Shown: positions 8,772-16,900 of the stretch, piece after piece
Position numbering within the stretch: position 1 is the first letter of the stretch
Layout: each line of letters begins with the position of its first letter
Source of the DNA: Candidatus Electronema aureum
Lineage (GTDB): Bacteria > Desulfobacterota > Desulfobulbia > Desulfobulbales > Desulfobulbaceae
Direction of reading: 5' to 3'
Assembly (NCBI GenBank): GCA_004284765.1
Contig: NQJD01000010.1
Coordinates: 1 to 32,000 of the forward strand
Length of the DNA stretch: 32,000 nt
The notes under the pieces: model-generated
The model's database searches: none
Told to the model about the DNA's origin: nothing
Seen by the model: only the letters and a program-made list of their open reading frames with translations
Made by a program: the position numbers and the translations under genes

Positions 8772-8800
8772 AGCGTAAGACGGGCTGCGGCTTCTGTCAA
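8772..8800 (-). promoter_or_regulatory. Putative sigma70-type promoter of HU-like gene A
   Basis: On the minus strand, TTGACA (8800..8795), a 17-nt spacer, then TACGCT (8777..8772). The layout is equivalent to the promoter of copy B. Confidence 0.4.
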
Positions 8801-8836
8801 CAGAAAAGATAAGGAAAGCGGTCTGCTGGATGATGA

Positions 8837-8997
8837 CACCAGTGAGGAGGAAGTCTTCTCACTAGTGTGAAGGACGGCTGCACACCAGTGTCGAGACGCG
8901 GACATCACTGGTGTGTAGCGTGGCTCCTCACTGGTGAGGAGAGGGAGAGATAAGCAGTGAGGAGAGTGGCTGGACACTGGTGAGGAGAAGCGGCGGC
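8837..8997. repeat. Array A: 7 tandem units with exact 23-bp phasing and a near-palindromic CACYRGTG core
   Basis: Unit starts are 8837, 8860, 8883, 8906, 8929, 8952 and 8975. Units: CACCAGTGAGGAGGAAGTCTTCT / CACTAGTGTGAAGGACGGCTGCA / CACCAGTGTCGAGACGCGGACAT / CACTGGTGTGTAGCGTGGCTCCT / CACTGGTGAGGAGAGGGAGAGAT / AAGCAGTGAGGAGAGTGGCTGGA / CACTGGTGAGGAGAAGCGGCGGC. Confidence 0.85.
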
Positions 8998-9027
8998 AGG
9001 CAGAGCGCAGCCTGCTGACCTTCCTCG

Positions 9028-9816
9028 TCAGGATTTTTCAGCGATGATCACGGCGGAGCGGATGTAGTTCTCAATGCCGCTGTCAGCCATCCAGTCCTTG
9101 ATGAAGGCCCGGCTGTCCTCCTTGATCTCCACCGAGACTGCGCTGAAGCCTGCCTGCTTCAGCATGGCCTCTATCTCGGCAACGGGCGCGGCCCCAGCAG
9201 CGCAGCAGGTGTAGGCTTCAGTGATTGCCCCCAGCTCCGGCGGCAGCGGGGCAACAGCCACCACATCGGAGATGGCCAATCTGCCGCCCGGACGCAGCAC
9301 CCGGCAGGTCTCGGCAAAGACCTGCGCCTTGTCCGGCGAGAGGTTGATGACGCAGTTGGAGATGATCACGTCCACGCTGCTGTCGGCCACCGGCAGATGC
9401 TCGATCTCGCCCAGCCTGAACTCGACATTGGCATAGCCGCCTTTCCGCGCGTTGTCACGGGCCTTGGCCAGCATCTCCGGGGTCATGTCCACGCCGATGA
9501 CCCGGCCTGCCGCGCCCACCTGCCGGGCGGCAAGGAAGCAGTCAAAGCCGCCGCCGCTGCCCAGATCGAGCACGGTCTCACCGGCTTGCAGCTCCGCTAT
9601 CGCCTGCGGATTGCCGCAGCCTAAGCCCATGTTGGCCCCATCCGGCACAGCGGCCATCTCCTCCGCCGCATAGCCGACGCTGGCCGAGGCTAACGGGTTG
9701 CCTAACGGCTGCGGAGCGCATTGAGAGGCACCGCAGCAGGAGCCGCCTGCAACCGCAATCCCACCGTATCTGGCCCGCACCTCAGCGCGGAGGGCATCCT
9801 TCACTTGATCAGACAT
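9028..9816 (-). CDS. arsM: Arsenite S-adenosylmethionine methyltransferase
   Basis: SAM-binding motif VLDLGSGGGFDCF, plus VDVIISNCVINL, RPGGRLAISD and N-terminal cysteines (GGSCCG). Start chosen at MSDQVKD (ATG 9816) because AAGGAG lies 5-10 nt upstream; the ORF-track start at 9873 would overlap the upstream gene. Confidence 0.85.
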   Translation of the reverse strand: MSDQVKDALRAEVRARYGGIAVAGGSCCGASQCAPQPLGNPLASASVGYAAEEMAAVPDGANMGLGCGNPQAIAELQAGETVLDLGSGGGFDCFLAARQVGAAGRVIGVDMTPEMLAKARDNARKGGYANVEFRLGEIEHLPVADSSVDVIISNCVINLSPDKAQVFAETCRVLRPGGRLAISDVVAVAPLPPELGAITEAYTCCAAGAAPVAEIEAMLKQAGFSAVSVEIKEDSRAFIKDWMADSGIENYIRSAVIIAEKS

Positions 9817-9829
9817 AACGCAGCTCCTT

Positions 9830-10513
9830 TTAGAAGAAATAGACAGCACAGTAATAGCCGCCGATGAGAACAAACAGCAGGCCGGTTATTCGCCGCGCCC
9901 AGATTTCAAAGGCAGCAATCCGGTTGAAGGCTTGGGCGACCTTGTTGGTGCCAAAGGCCAGCAGCAGGGCGAAGAGCAGCACCGGCAAGCCCGTCGCCAG
10001 CCCGTACACGCCGGGCAGCAGTATTCCTGACTGCTGCTGCACAGCCAGCGGCAGGAGCGAGCCGAAGAACAGGGCTGCTGAGGTCGGGCAGAAGGAGAGG
10101 GCGAAGACCATGCCCAGCAGCCCGGCCCCGCCGATGCCCAGAGAGTCCGCCTTGTTCTGCAAGGCCGCGCTCAGGCCGCTGGAGCCGACAGGCAAGGGAA
10201 TCAGCTCCAGCAGAATCAAGCCAACCACGATCAGCATCGGGCCAAGGGCCATGTTCATGTGCTTCTGGAGCACCTGCGACAGCGAGGGCGCGGAGAGCAG
10301 GCTGCCGACCAAGAGCATTCCTAAGAGCAGATAGGCCAGGGTGCGTCCGGCGGTGTAGAGCAGGCCCGCTTGCAAGACGCTGGCCGGTTTACCCACGCGG
10401 CGGCCCACATAAGATATCGCCGCGATGTTGGTGGTCAGCGGGCAGGGGCTGATGGAGGTGAGGATGCCGAGCCAGAAGGCCGAGGCCAAAGGCACGAGGA
10501 TGGACTCGCTCAT
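9830..10513 (-). CDS. CcdA/DsbD_2-like thiol-disulfide transfer membrane protein
   Basis: 227-aa polytopic membrane protein with LTSISPCPL in the first helix, typical of DsbD/CcdA transmembrane-domain proteins. Its ATG overlaps the upstream stop (ATGA at 10511..10515). Confidence 0.65.
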   Translation of the reverse strand: MSESILVPLASAFWLGILTSISPCPLTTNIAAISYVGRRVGKPASVLQAGLLYTAGRTLAYLLLGMLLVGSLLSAPSLSQVLQKHMNMALGPMLIVVGLILLELIPLPVGSSGLSAALQNKADSLGIGGAGLLGMVFALSFCPTSAALFFGSLLPLAVQQQSGILLPGVYGLATGLPVLLFALLLAFGTNKVAQAFNRIAAFEIWARRITGLLFVLIGGYYCAVYFF

Positions 10514-10995
10514 CAGCCTTTCCCGTTGAGCAGCAGGTTGATTTCATCGCGGAGGTATTGCGCAAAGGCCGCTTCATCATGGACAAGCTGCCAGACCTTA
10601 TCCAGCCGCCGCCACTTGGCCTCCTTGCCCTGCTTGATCTGGGAGACCACCACCGAGCGAGTGGCTAACTGATACTCTTCAACAAAGTGCTCGTTCTCGC
10701 TCTTGTCCACGTTGACCACCTGCACTTCCATCGAGCCGTCCTTGAGCTGTCCGGCAAACGACTCCTCCACGGTTTTCTTCGTCAGTGCCTCAATCTTCTT
10801 GCAGGTTGTGCAGCGCTGGTTGCCGTGGAAGTAATAGACCCGCGTCGTGCTCTGCTCAGTCTTCTGGGCCGCTGCGGGTGGCTGACTGCTGCCAGCAGCA
10901 CTCGTTTCCGCTGCTGACTCTGCGAAGCTGCCGCCCGCAGCAATGAATAAGGCCAGCAGGACGGCTGCAATGCTTTTGCTCTTTATCGTGCTCAT
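10513..10995 (-). CDS. Secreted thioredoxin-fold protein (ArsF-like family, tentative)
   Basis: 160 aa with N-terminal signal peptide MSTIKSKSIAAVLLALFIAAGGSFA and a C-x-x-C motif in YYFHGNQRCTTCKKIE. Located in the ars operon. Confidence 0.6.
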   Translation of the reverse strand: MSTIKSKSIAAVLLALFIAAGGSFAESAAETSAAGSSQPPAAAQKTEQSTTRVYYFHGNQRCTTCKKIEALTKKTVEESFAGQLKDGSMEVQVVNVDKSENEHFVEEYQLATRSVVVSQIKQGKEAKWRRLDKVWQLVHDEAAFAQYLRDEINLLLNGKG

Positions 10996-11008
10996 CGTGC
11001 CGCGCTCC

Positions 11009-11242
11009 TTATGCAGACAGCATCTTCTTGAGTTCCTCGACAGAAGGCACCATGCCGAGAAGTTTCACCTCACCATCCACAACCAAGGCAGGTGTCGTCA
11101 TCACACCAAACGATATGATCTGACTGATGTCCGTGATCTTCTCCAGCTCGAAATCAAGCTGAAGGGCTTTGGCGGCAGCTTCGGCGTGTTCCGTCAGCTT
11201 CTTGCACTTGGGGCAGCCAGTGCCCAGTATTTGGATTTTCAT
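11009..11242 (-). CDS. Small thioredoxin-family protein (redox-active disulfide protein 2 type)
   Basis: 77 aa, MKIQILGTGCPKCKKL...TPALVVDGEVK: a canonical CPxC glutaredoxin-like small protein often linked to arsenic permease genes. Confidence 0.8.
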   Translation of the reverse strand: MKIQILGTGCPKCKKLTEHAEAAAKALQLDFELEKITDISQIISFGVMTTPALVVDGEVKLLGMVPSVEELKKMLSA

Positions 11243-11285
11243 TGCATTACCCTTGTTATTTGTTTATCCGAACAGAGTACAGAAA

Positions 11286-11735
11286 TCACTGCGCCTTTCC
11301 AAGAGCGTTGATGAAATCCCTGGCAGTGTCGCCGCGAAGATTCTCTGCGAGTCCGACCAGTCCGTCGGTCAGGTATCTCGCCTCAAGACCTTTTGAGCGG
11401 AGGTACACCATAGCGATGATTGCGCGGTCTTTGTGCGGACATGCGGTAACAATCATCTTGCCCTTGTCAAGCTCTGCAAGCCTTTTCGGCAGCTCGTTCA
11501 AAGGGATGTTGATTGACGGCATGACCTTCCACGCTGCATATTCCTCTGCAAACCTGATGTCAATCAATTGCGCTTTCCCTTCCTTCAAGAGTTTGACAAG
11601 CTCTTTGCTGTCAACATTCATTTCCTCCTTTGCGGCATAATCAAAGGCGGCAATGTATTTCTCCAGCGGGGCATCGCTTGCGTATGCAGGCAGGCACATT
11701 GCCGCCAGCAGGAAGATGAGTGTCAGCTTTTTCAT
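11286..11735 (-). CDS. Secreted rhodanese-domain protein
   Basis: Start chosen at MKKLTLIFLLAAMCLPAYA (ATG 11735, RBS AAGGAGAA upstream). Carries LIDIRFAEEY and the active-site loop region VTACPHKDRA, as in rhodanese/ArsC-like sulfurtransferase domains. Confidence 0.7.
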   Translation of the reverse strand: MKKLTLIFLLAAMCLPAYASDAPLEKYIAAFDYAAKEEMNVDSKELVKLLKEGKAQLIDIRFAEEYAAWKVMPSINIPLNELPKRLAELDKGKMIVTACPHKDRAIIAMVYLRSKGLEARYLTDGLVGLAENLRGDTARDFINALGKAQ

Positions 11736-11811
11736 ACGGTTCTCCTTGTTGATGAACGCCCCCGCAGGACGGGGGATCGTTGATTGCGTCGAACAGCCCG
11801 CCTTGGTTGCG

Positions 11812-12339
11812 CTACATCTCCTCGAAATTGAACTGAGCGAGATATTCAGCCAGCATCTTCCGCTGGTCATCGCCCAAGGCAGGGCAGGCATCCGGCCCCA
11901 TTGCGCCTTGCACAGCCAGCGAAGCGAAAACGATGCAGGTTGCTTGGCCGCACTGCCCGCAGTTCGTTTTCGGCAGCAGCTTCAACACCGCCAGCGGCTG
12001 CGGCCTGCTGACCGCGCTGTATTTCGGCGTGATGCTGGCCCGCTGCTCCCACGCCTCGTTGATCTCCCGCTTCAGCCACTCAACGATCTTCACCGCTTCT
12101 TCAGCGTCCTTCAGGGCGTTGATGGATATCTTCCGCGAATGCACAGAAATCATGCGGCCATGCACTTTGAACATCACCGAAGGCGGCGATTGGACGAAGC
12201 ACGTCCCGCCCAGCACCGCGTTCAGATACGGAATGACCTCGCTGATGTCTTCCTCAAGATGCGCGTGGCAGTGCAATGACTGAAAACTGGCGTTGCACGT
12301 CGGCCTGACCATCTCTATCGTGTAGTTTTTCAGCAGCAT
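11812..12339 (-). CDS. Fe-S cluster-binding protein (C-terminal RnfB/CODH-type 4Fe-4S domain)
   Basis: 175 aa. The C-terminal LPKTNCGQCGQATCIVFA...CP motif is characteristic of the putative Fe-S cluster domain. Confidence 0.6.
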   Translation of the reverse strand: MLLKNYTIEMVRPTCNASFQSLHCHAHLEEDISEVIPYLNAVLGGTCFVQSPPSVMFKVHGRMISVHSRKISINALKDAEEAVKIVEWLKREINEAWEQRASITPKYSAVSRPQPLAVLKLLPKTNCGQCGQATCIVFASLAVQGAMGPDACPALGDDQRKMLAEYLAQFNFEEM

Positions 12340-12352
12340 TGTTTACCTGCCC

Positions 12353-13405
12353 TCAATTCCCCACGAACATCCGCTTCCGCAGCATGAACGCCGCATTGAC
12401 CAAGGCAATCATCACCGGCACTTCGATCAGCGGGCCGATGACTGCGGCAAAGGCCGCGCCTGAATTGATGCCGAACACGGCCACGGCCACCGCAATCGCC
12501 AGCTCAAAGTTGTTGCTGGCAGCAGTGAAGGCCAGCGTGACGGTCTGGCTGTAATTCGCCCCGGCCATGCGCCCCATGAAGAAGGAGACAAAGAACATGA
12601 TCAGGAAGTAGATCAGCAGCGGCACAGCAATCCGCACCACGTCCAAAGGCAGCGAGACAATAACATCACCCTTGAGCGAGAACATGACCACAATGGTGAA
12701 GAGCAGGGCAATCAGGGTGATCGGGCTGATACGCGGCACAAAGACGCTGTGATACCAGTCTTTGCCTTTGGCTTTGACCAAGAAGAAGCGGGTCAGGAAG
12801 CCTGCAAGAAAAGGGATGCCCAGATAGATGAACACGCTTTTGGCGATCTCGCCGATGGTGATGTCAACGATGCTGCCTGTCAGCCCGAACCATGCTGGCA
12901 GAACGGTGATGAAGAGATAGGCGTACAGGCTGTAGAACAGAACTTGGAAGATACTGTTGAAGGCCACCAGACCGGCGGCGTACTCAGTATCGCCTTTTGC
13001 AAGATCATTCCAGACGATGACCATCGCGATGCAGCGGGCCAGACCGATAAGAATCAGACCGGTCATGTATTCGGGATAGCCACGCAGGAAGATGATAGCC
13101 AGCAGGAACATCAGCACCGGGCCGATCAGCCAGTTCTGAATCAGGGACAAGCCAAGAATTTTCCAGTTGCGGAACACATCGCCCAGCTCTTCGTAGCGCA
13201 CCTTGGCCAAGGGCGGGTACATCATGAGGATTAGGCCGAGGGCTATGGGGATATTGGTTGTGCCGACTGAGACCGCACTGTTTACGCTGCTGACAGCGCG
13301 GGGGAAGAGAAAGCCTATGCCAACCCCGATGCCCATTGCCAGAAATATCCACAAGGTCAGGTAGTGGTCAAGAAAGGACAGCTCTTTCGGTGATTCCTGC
13401 GTCAT
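12353..13405 (-). CDS. acr3: ACR3-family arsenite efflux transporter
   Basis: 350-aa polytopic membrane protein. [20 protein letters not shown] at the N-terminus and overall colinearity with Acr3/ArsB(ACR3) proteins; located directly downstream of arsR. Confidence 0.85.
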   Translation of the reverse strand: MTQESPKELSFLDHYLTLWIFLAMGIGVGIGFLFPRAVSSVNSAVSVGTTNIPIALGLILMMYPPLAKVRYEELGDVFRNWKILGLSLIQNWLIGPVLMFLLAIIFLRGYPEYMTGLILIGLARCIAMVIVWNDLAKGDTEYAAGLVAFNSIFQVLFYSLYAYLFITVLPAWFGLTGSIVDITIGEIAKSVFIYLGIPFLAGFLTRFFLVKAKGKDWYHSVFVPRISPITLIALLFTIVVMFSLKGDVIVSLPLDVVRIAVPLLIYFLIMFFVSFFMGRMAGANYSQTVTLAFTAASNNFELAIAVAVAVFGINSGAAFAAVIGPLIEVPVMIALVNAAFMLRKRMFVGN

Positions 13406-13423
13406 CGCGTTTTCTCCTGAGAA

Positions 13424-13750
13424 TTAAAGGTGCCGCATCAGCGCGGCTTGGTCTTTGCCCTGCGCTTTGATCACCGCCTCCACGCAGTTCATGAAGTTCA
13501 GCACGCATGGAACCTTCAGCCGGTAGAAGACCTGCTTGCCGCGTTTGTCAACCTCAACGATCCCGGCCTGTTTCAGCACGGCAAGGTGCTTAGAGATGGT
13601 GGAGAAGTCGAAGTCCATCGCCCCGACAAACTCGCAGACGCATTTCTCGCCGCCTGCAAGCTGTTCGGCCATCCACAGGCGGGTGGGGTGGGCAAGGGCT
13701 TTGAGCACAGCGGCCTTGGCTTCGCACAGTGTCTTTTCCTGTTCGTTCAT
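13424..13750 (-). CDS. arsR: ArsR/SmtB-family metalloregulator
   Basis: 108 aa. LKALAHPTRLWMAEQL and the metal-site ELCVCDL-type variant (EKCVCEF), followed by a winged-HTH region. Confidence 0.85.
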   Translation of the reverse strand: MNEQEKTLCEAKAAVLKALAHPTRLWMAEQLAGGEKCVCEFVGAMDFDFSTISKHLAVLKQAGIVEVDKRGKQVFYRLKVPCVLNFMNCVEAVIKAQGKDQAALMRHL

Positions 13751-13764
13751 GGAGAGAGCAGAGG

Positions 13765-13806
13765 TTGCATGTTTGGCATAATATGCAAATGTTAGAGCTG
13801 CGTCAA
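13765..13806 (-). promoter_or_regulatory. ars operon promoter with overlapping candidate ArsR operator
   Basis: On the minus strand, -35 TTGACG (13806..13801), a 17-nt spacer, then -10 TATTAT (13783..13778). The inverted repeat TTGCAT-N12-ATGCAA (13765..13788) spans the -10. Confidence 0.55.
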
Positions 13807-13907
13807 GTGTAATTTACAGGCAGCAGAATCCATTGCCCGGCCAGACACAGCTGGGCAATGTCCTGCTTCAGCAGAGGTCTCCAGCGTCAAACTGGTGACA
13901 GGGCAGA

Positions 13908-16900
13908 TTAAACAGACCTCCCGCACCACTCTCTCGCATTCTGGAACATCCTCAGCCACGGCGAGACCTCCAGCCCCTGCATCTCCCTTGGCAGCCAATG
14001 GCACTGCCACGGCAGGAAGGCCCGCTCCGGGTGCGGCATCAGGGCTAAGTGGCGGCCATCAGGCGAGCACAGCCCGGCGAAGCCGTCCGGCGAGCTGTTG
14101 GGGTTGAAGGGATAGATTTCCGTGGCCGCGCCGCTGTCGTCGGCATAGACCAGCGGCACCAGCCGCTGCCCGATCACCTCGGCCCGCACCGCCGCGTCCG
14201 GGAAGTGCAGCAGGCCTTCGCCGTGCGCCACATGAATGCCGAAGACCAGGCCGCTCATGCCGCGCAGCATCATGGTCGGGCTGTCGGTCACGCGCACGGT
14301 CGTCCAGCGCGACTCGAATCTGCCCGATCTGTTGTGGATGAAGCGCGGCTGCGCCTCTGCGTCTAATCCGCGCCAAGGCACCCAGCCGAGCAGACCAAAG
14401 AGCTGGCAGCCGTTGCAGATGCCGAGGGTGAAGGTGTCGGGCCGATTAAGAAACTCATCGAACATGGCCCGCAGCCGCTCGTTGAAGAGGATGGTCGCGG
14501 CCCAGCCTTTGGCCGACTCCGGCACGTCGGCGTAGGAGAAGCCACCCACAGCCGCGATGCCCCGGAAGCCGTCCAGTGTCACCCGCCCGGCCAGCAGGTC
14601 GGTCATGGTGATATCCCACGGCTCGAAGCCAGCGGCATAAAAGGCGGAACTCATCTCGCGGTCGGAGTTGGAACCCTCATCGCGAAGTATGGCGACCTTG
14701 GGCTTGCTTGCCGCAGTCAGCAGAGCCTTGAGCGTAGGCTGCGGGGTGAACGGCAGATGATAGGCCGGAGCGATGCGGTCATAGATGCTCTGCCGTTCCG
14801 CTTCCGCACAGGCAGGGTTCACTTGCAGCCGTTCGAGTTGATAGCTGGTCTCCTCCCATTCTTGACGGAGGACGCGCATGTCCTCATCCAGCACCAGCTC
14901 GCCGTTGCAGCGGATGCGGATGTACTTGTCTGCCAGCGAAGTTCCCAACAGCATACAAGGCACCTCAGCGACGGCCAATATCTGCCTGATCTCCTCAAGC
15001 TGCTCCTGCCTGCATTCCAGCACCAAGCCCAGCTCCTCAGCAAAGAGAGTGGGAATTGCTTCGCCCTCAATCGCAAGCTCCAGCCCGCAGTTGCCCGCAA
15101 AGGCCATCTCCAGCAGAGTGACGATCAGGCCGCCGTCGCTGCAGTCGTGGCCGGATAAGATCAGGTCTTGCGCGATCAGCTCCTGCACCGCTGCGAATGC
15201 CTGCCGGAGCAGCACTGGGTCGTCCATGTCCGGGCTTTCGTCGCCAAGGCTGCCCAGTGTTTGCGCCAGAGCTGAACCGCCCAGCCGAGTCTTGCCCGGA
15301 GCTAAGTCTATGAGCAGCAGAACCGACCCCGGCTCTTTAATATCCGCTGTGACGACCTTGCGGATGTCGCTCATGGCCGCGTATGCGGATATAACCAGCT
15401 CGCGGGGCGACTTCACCGTCTCGCTGCCCACCTTGGTGGCCATTGAGAGCGAGTCCTTGCCGCCATCCACGGCCATTCCAGTGGCGATCATCGCGTCACG
15501 CATGGCCCGCGCCGCGTCGTTGAGGGCCGCGCCTTCGCCGGGCAGTTTGGGCGCCCACATCCAGTTGGCCGAGCACTTCACCTGCTCCGGGTCGTCAATC
15601 TTGGCCCAGACAAGGTTCGTCCATGCCTCGCCGACGGCCATGCGCGCCCCTGCCGCTGGGTTGAGCAGCATCTTGATCGGCTGCTCGCCGATAGCTGTGG
15701 CAATGCCTGTCAGACCAAAGTGCGACTGCGCCACCACGGCCACATCGCCCACCGTGAGCTGAAGCGGGCCGCAGCACTGCTGCTGCGCAATCAGGCCGGT
15801 GACGGAGCGGTCAACCTTGTTGGTGAGGAAGCGTTTGGAGCCGACCGAGACGAGGCGGAGGACGTTGCGGAGGTGATCACGGACGGATGGGCAATGCCGT
15901 AGGGGCAATTCATGAATTGCCCCTACGGGTACACGCCTGTCCTCAAAGGTCTTCTGTGGGATATGCCCCAGCACCTCCTTCAGCTCCACGTCCACGGGCG
16001 TGCTGCCGTCCTGCTCGTCCGAGACGACAAAGCGCAGATCGCCGGTGACTTCGCCCAGCACCTCGCAGGCCACCTTCTCGCGCTCACAGATAGAGAGGAA
16101 CTGCCCGATATTCTCCGGCTTGATCAGCAGGCCGTTGCGCTCCTGATACTCGGCCACGTAGATTTCCAGCACCGACATGGTGGGGTCGCCGACGCGAATC
16201 TTGCGGATCTCGATGCGCCCGCCGGAGTGCTCGACCAGCTCCTTGAGCACGTTGGCCGGGCCGCCCGCGCCTTGGTCGTGGATGACCTCGATCAGCGTCC
16301 TGCCGCCCATCTCGTTGCAAGCGCGGATGACCCGGTTCATCTTCTGCTCCATCTCCGCGTCGCCGCGCTGCACCGCGTTGAAGTCCAGCTCCGCCGCGTT
16401 CTCGCCTTGGAGCATAGAGGAAGCCGCGCCGCCGCCGAAGCCCACCCGGTACGCAGGCCCGCCGACCTGCACGATCAGCATCCCCTTGGCCGCCTGCTCC
16501 TTCTTAATATGGCGGTCGTCAATCTGGCCGATGCCGCCGGTGAACATGATCGGCTTGAGCCAGGCCCAGCGTTCGCCGCCCTCCACGCGCAGGTCAAAGG
16601 AGCGGGTGAAGCCCTGAATCAGCGGCTCGCCGAACTTGTTGCCGTAGTCGGACGCGCCGTTGCTGGCTTCGATCTCGATGGTCAGGGCCGAGGCGAGGTT
16701 GGAGGGGCAAGGATGGTGCTGCTCCCAAGGCAGCTCGTAGCCGGGAATGTGCAGATTGCCCACGCAGTAGCCTGCCGTGCCTGCCATGACAAAGCCGCCC
16801 TTGCCTGTGCCTTGCACGTCACGGATGCGCCCGCCAGTGCCGGTCTCTGCGCCGGGGAAGGGTGCCACGCCAGTGGGGAAGTTGTGCGTCTCGGCAGTCA

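Noticed and set aside
8754-8773. Sigma-54-like promoter (TGGCTTTCATACATGCA on the minus strand) upstream of HU-like gene A
   Set aside because: The GG-to-GC spacing is one nucleotide too long relative to the TGGCAC-N5-TTGC consensus, and there is no equivalent in copy B. A TTGACA-N17-TACGCT sigma70-type promoter fits both copies better.
8687-8977. 96-aa minus-strand ORF across array A, and the 89-aa and 61-aa ORFs across array B (18911..19180, 18945..19130)
   Set aside because: They are created by the repeats themselves. A 23-bp period cannot encode a peptide repeat. They overlap the start of a well-supported gene or promoter and have no RBS.
8837-8997. The 23-bp arrays (here and at 18984..19121) considered as CRISPR arrays
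   Set aside because: The whole period is only 23 bp, with an 8-13-bp conserved core and 10-15-bp variable parts, far below CRISPR repeat-plus-spacer dimensions. The cores flip orientation, and no cas genes or leader are present.
9817-9873. Longer arsM start at 9873 from the ORF track
   Set aside because: It would overlap the CcdA-like gene by 44 nt and adds a non-conserved hydrophobic leader. The ATG at 9816 has an AAGGAG RBS and gives a typical ArsM N-terminus.
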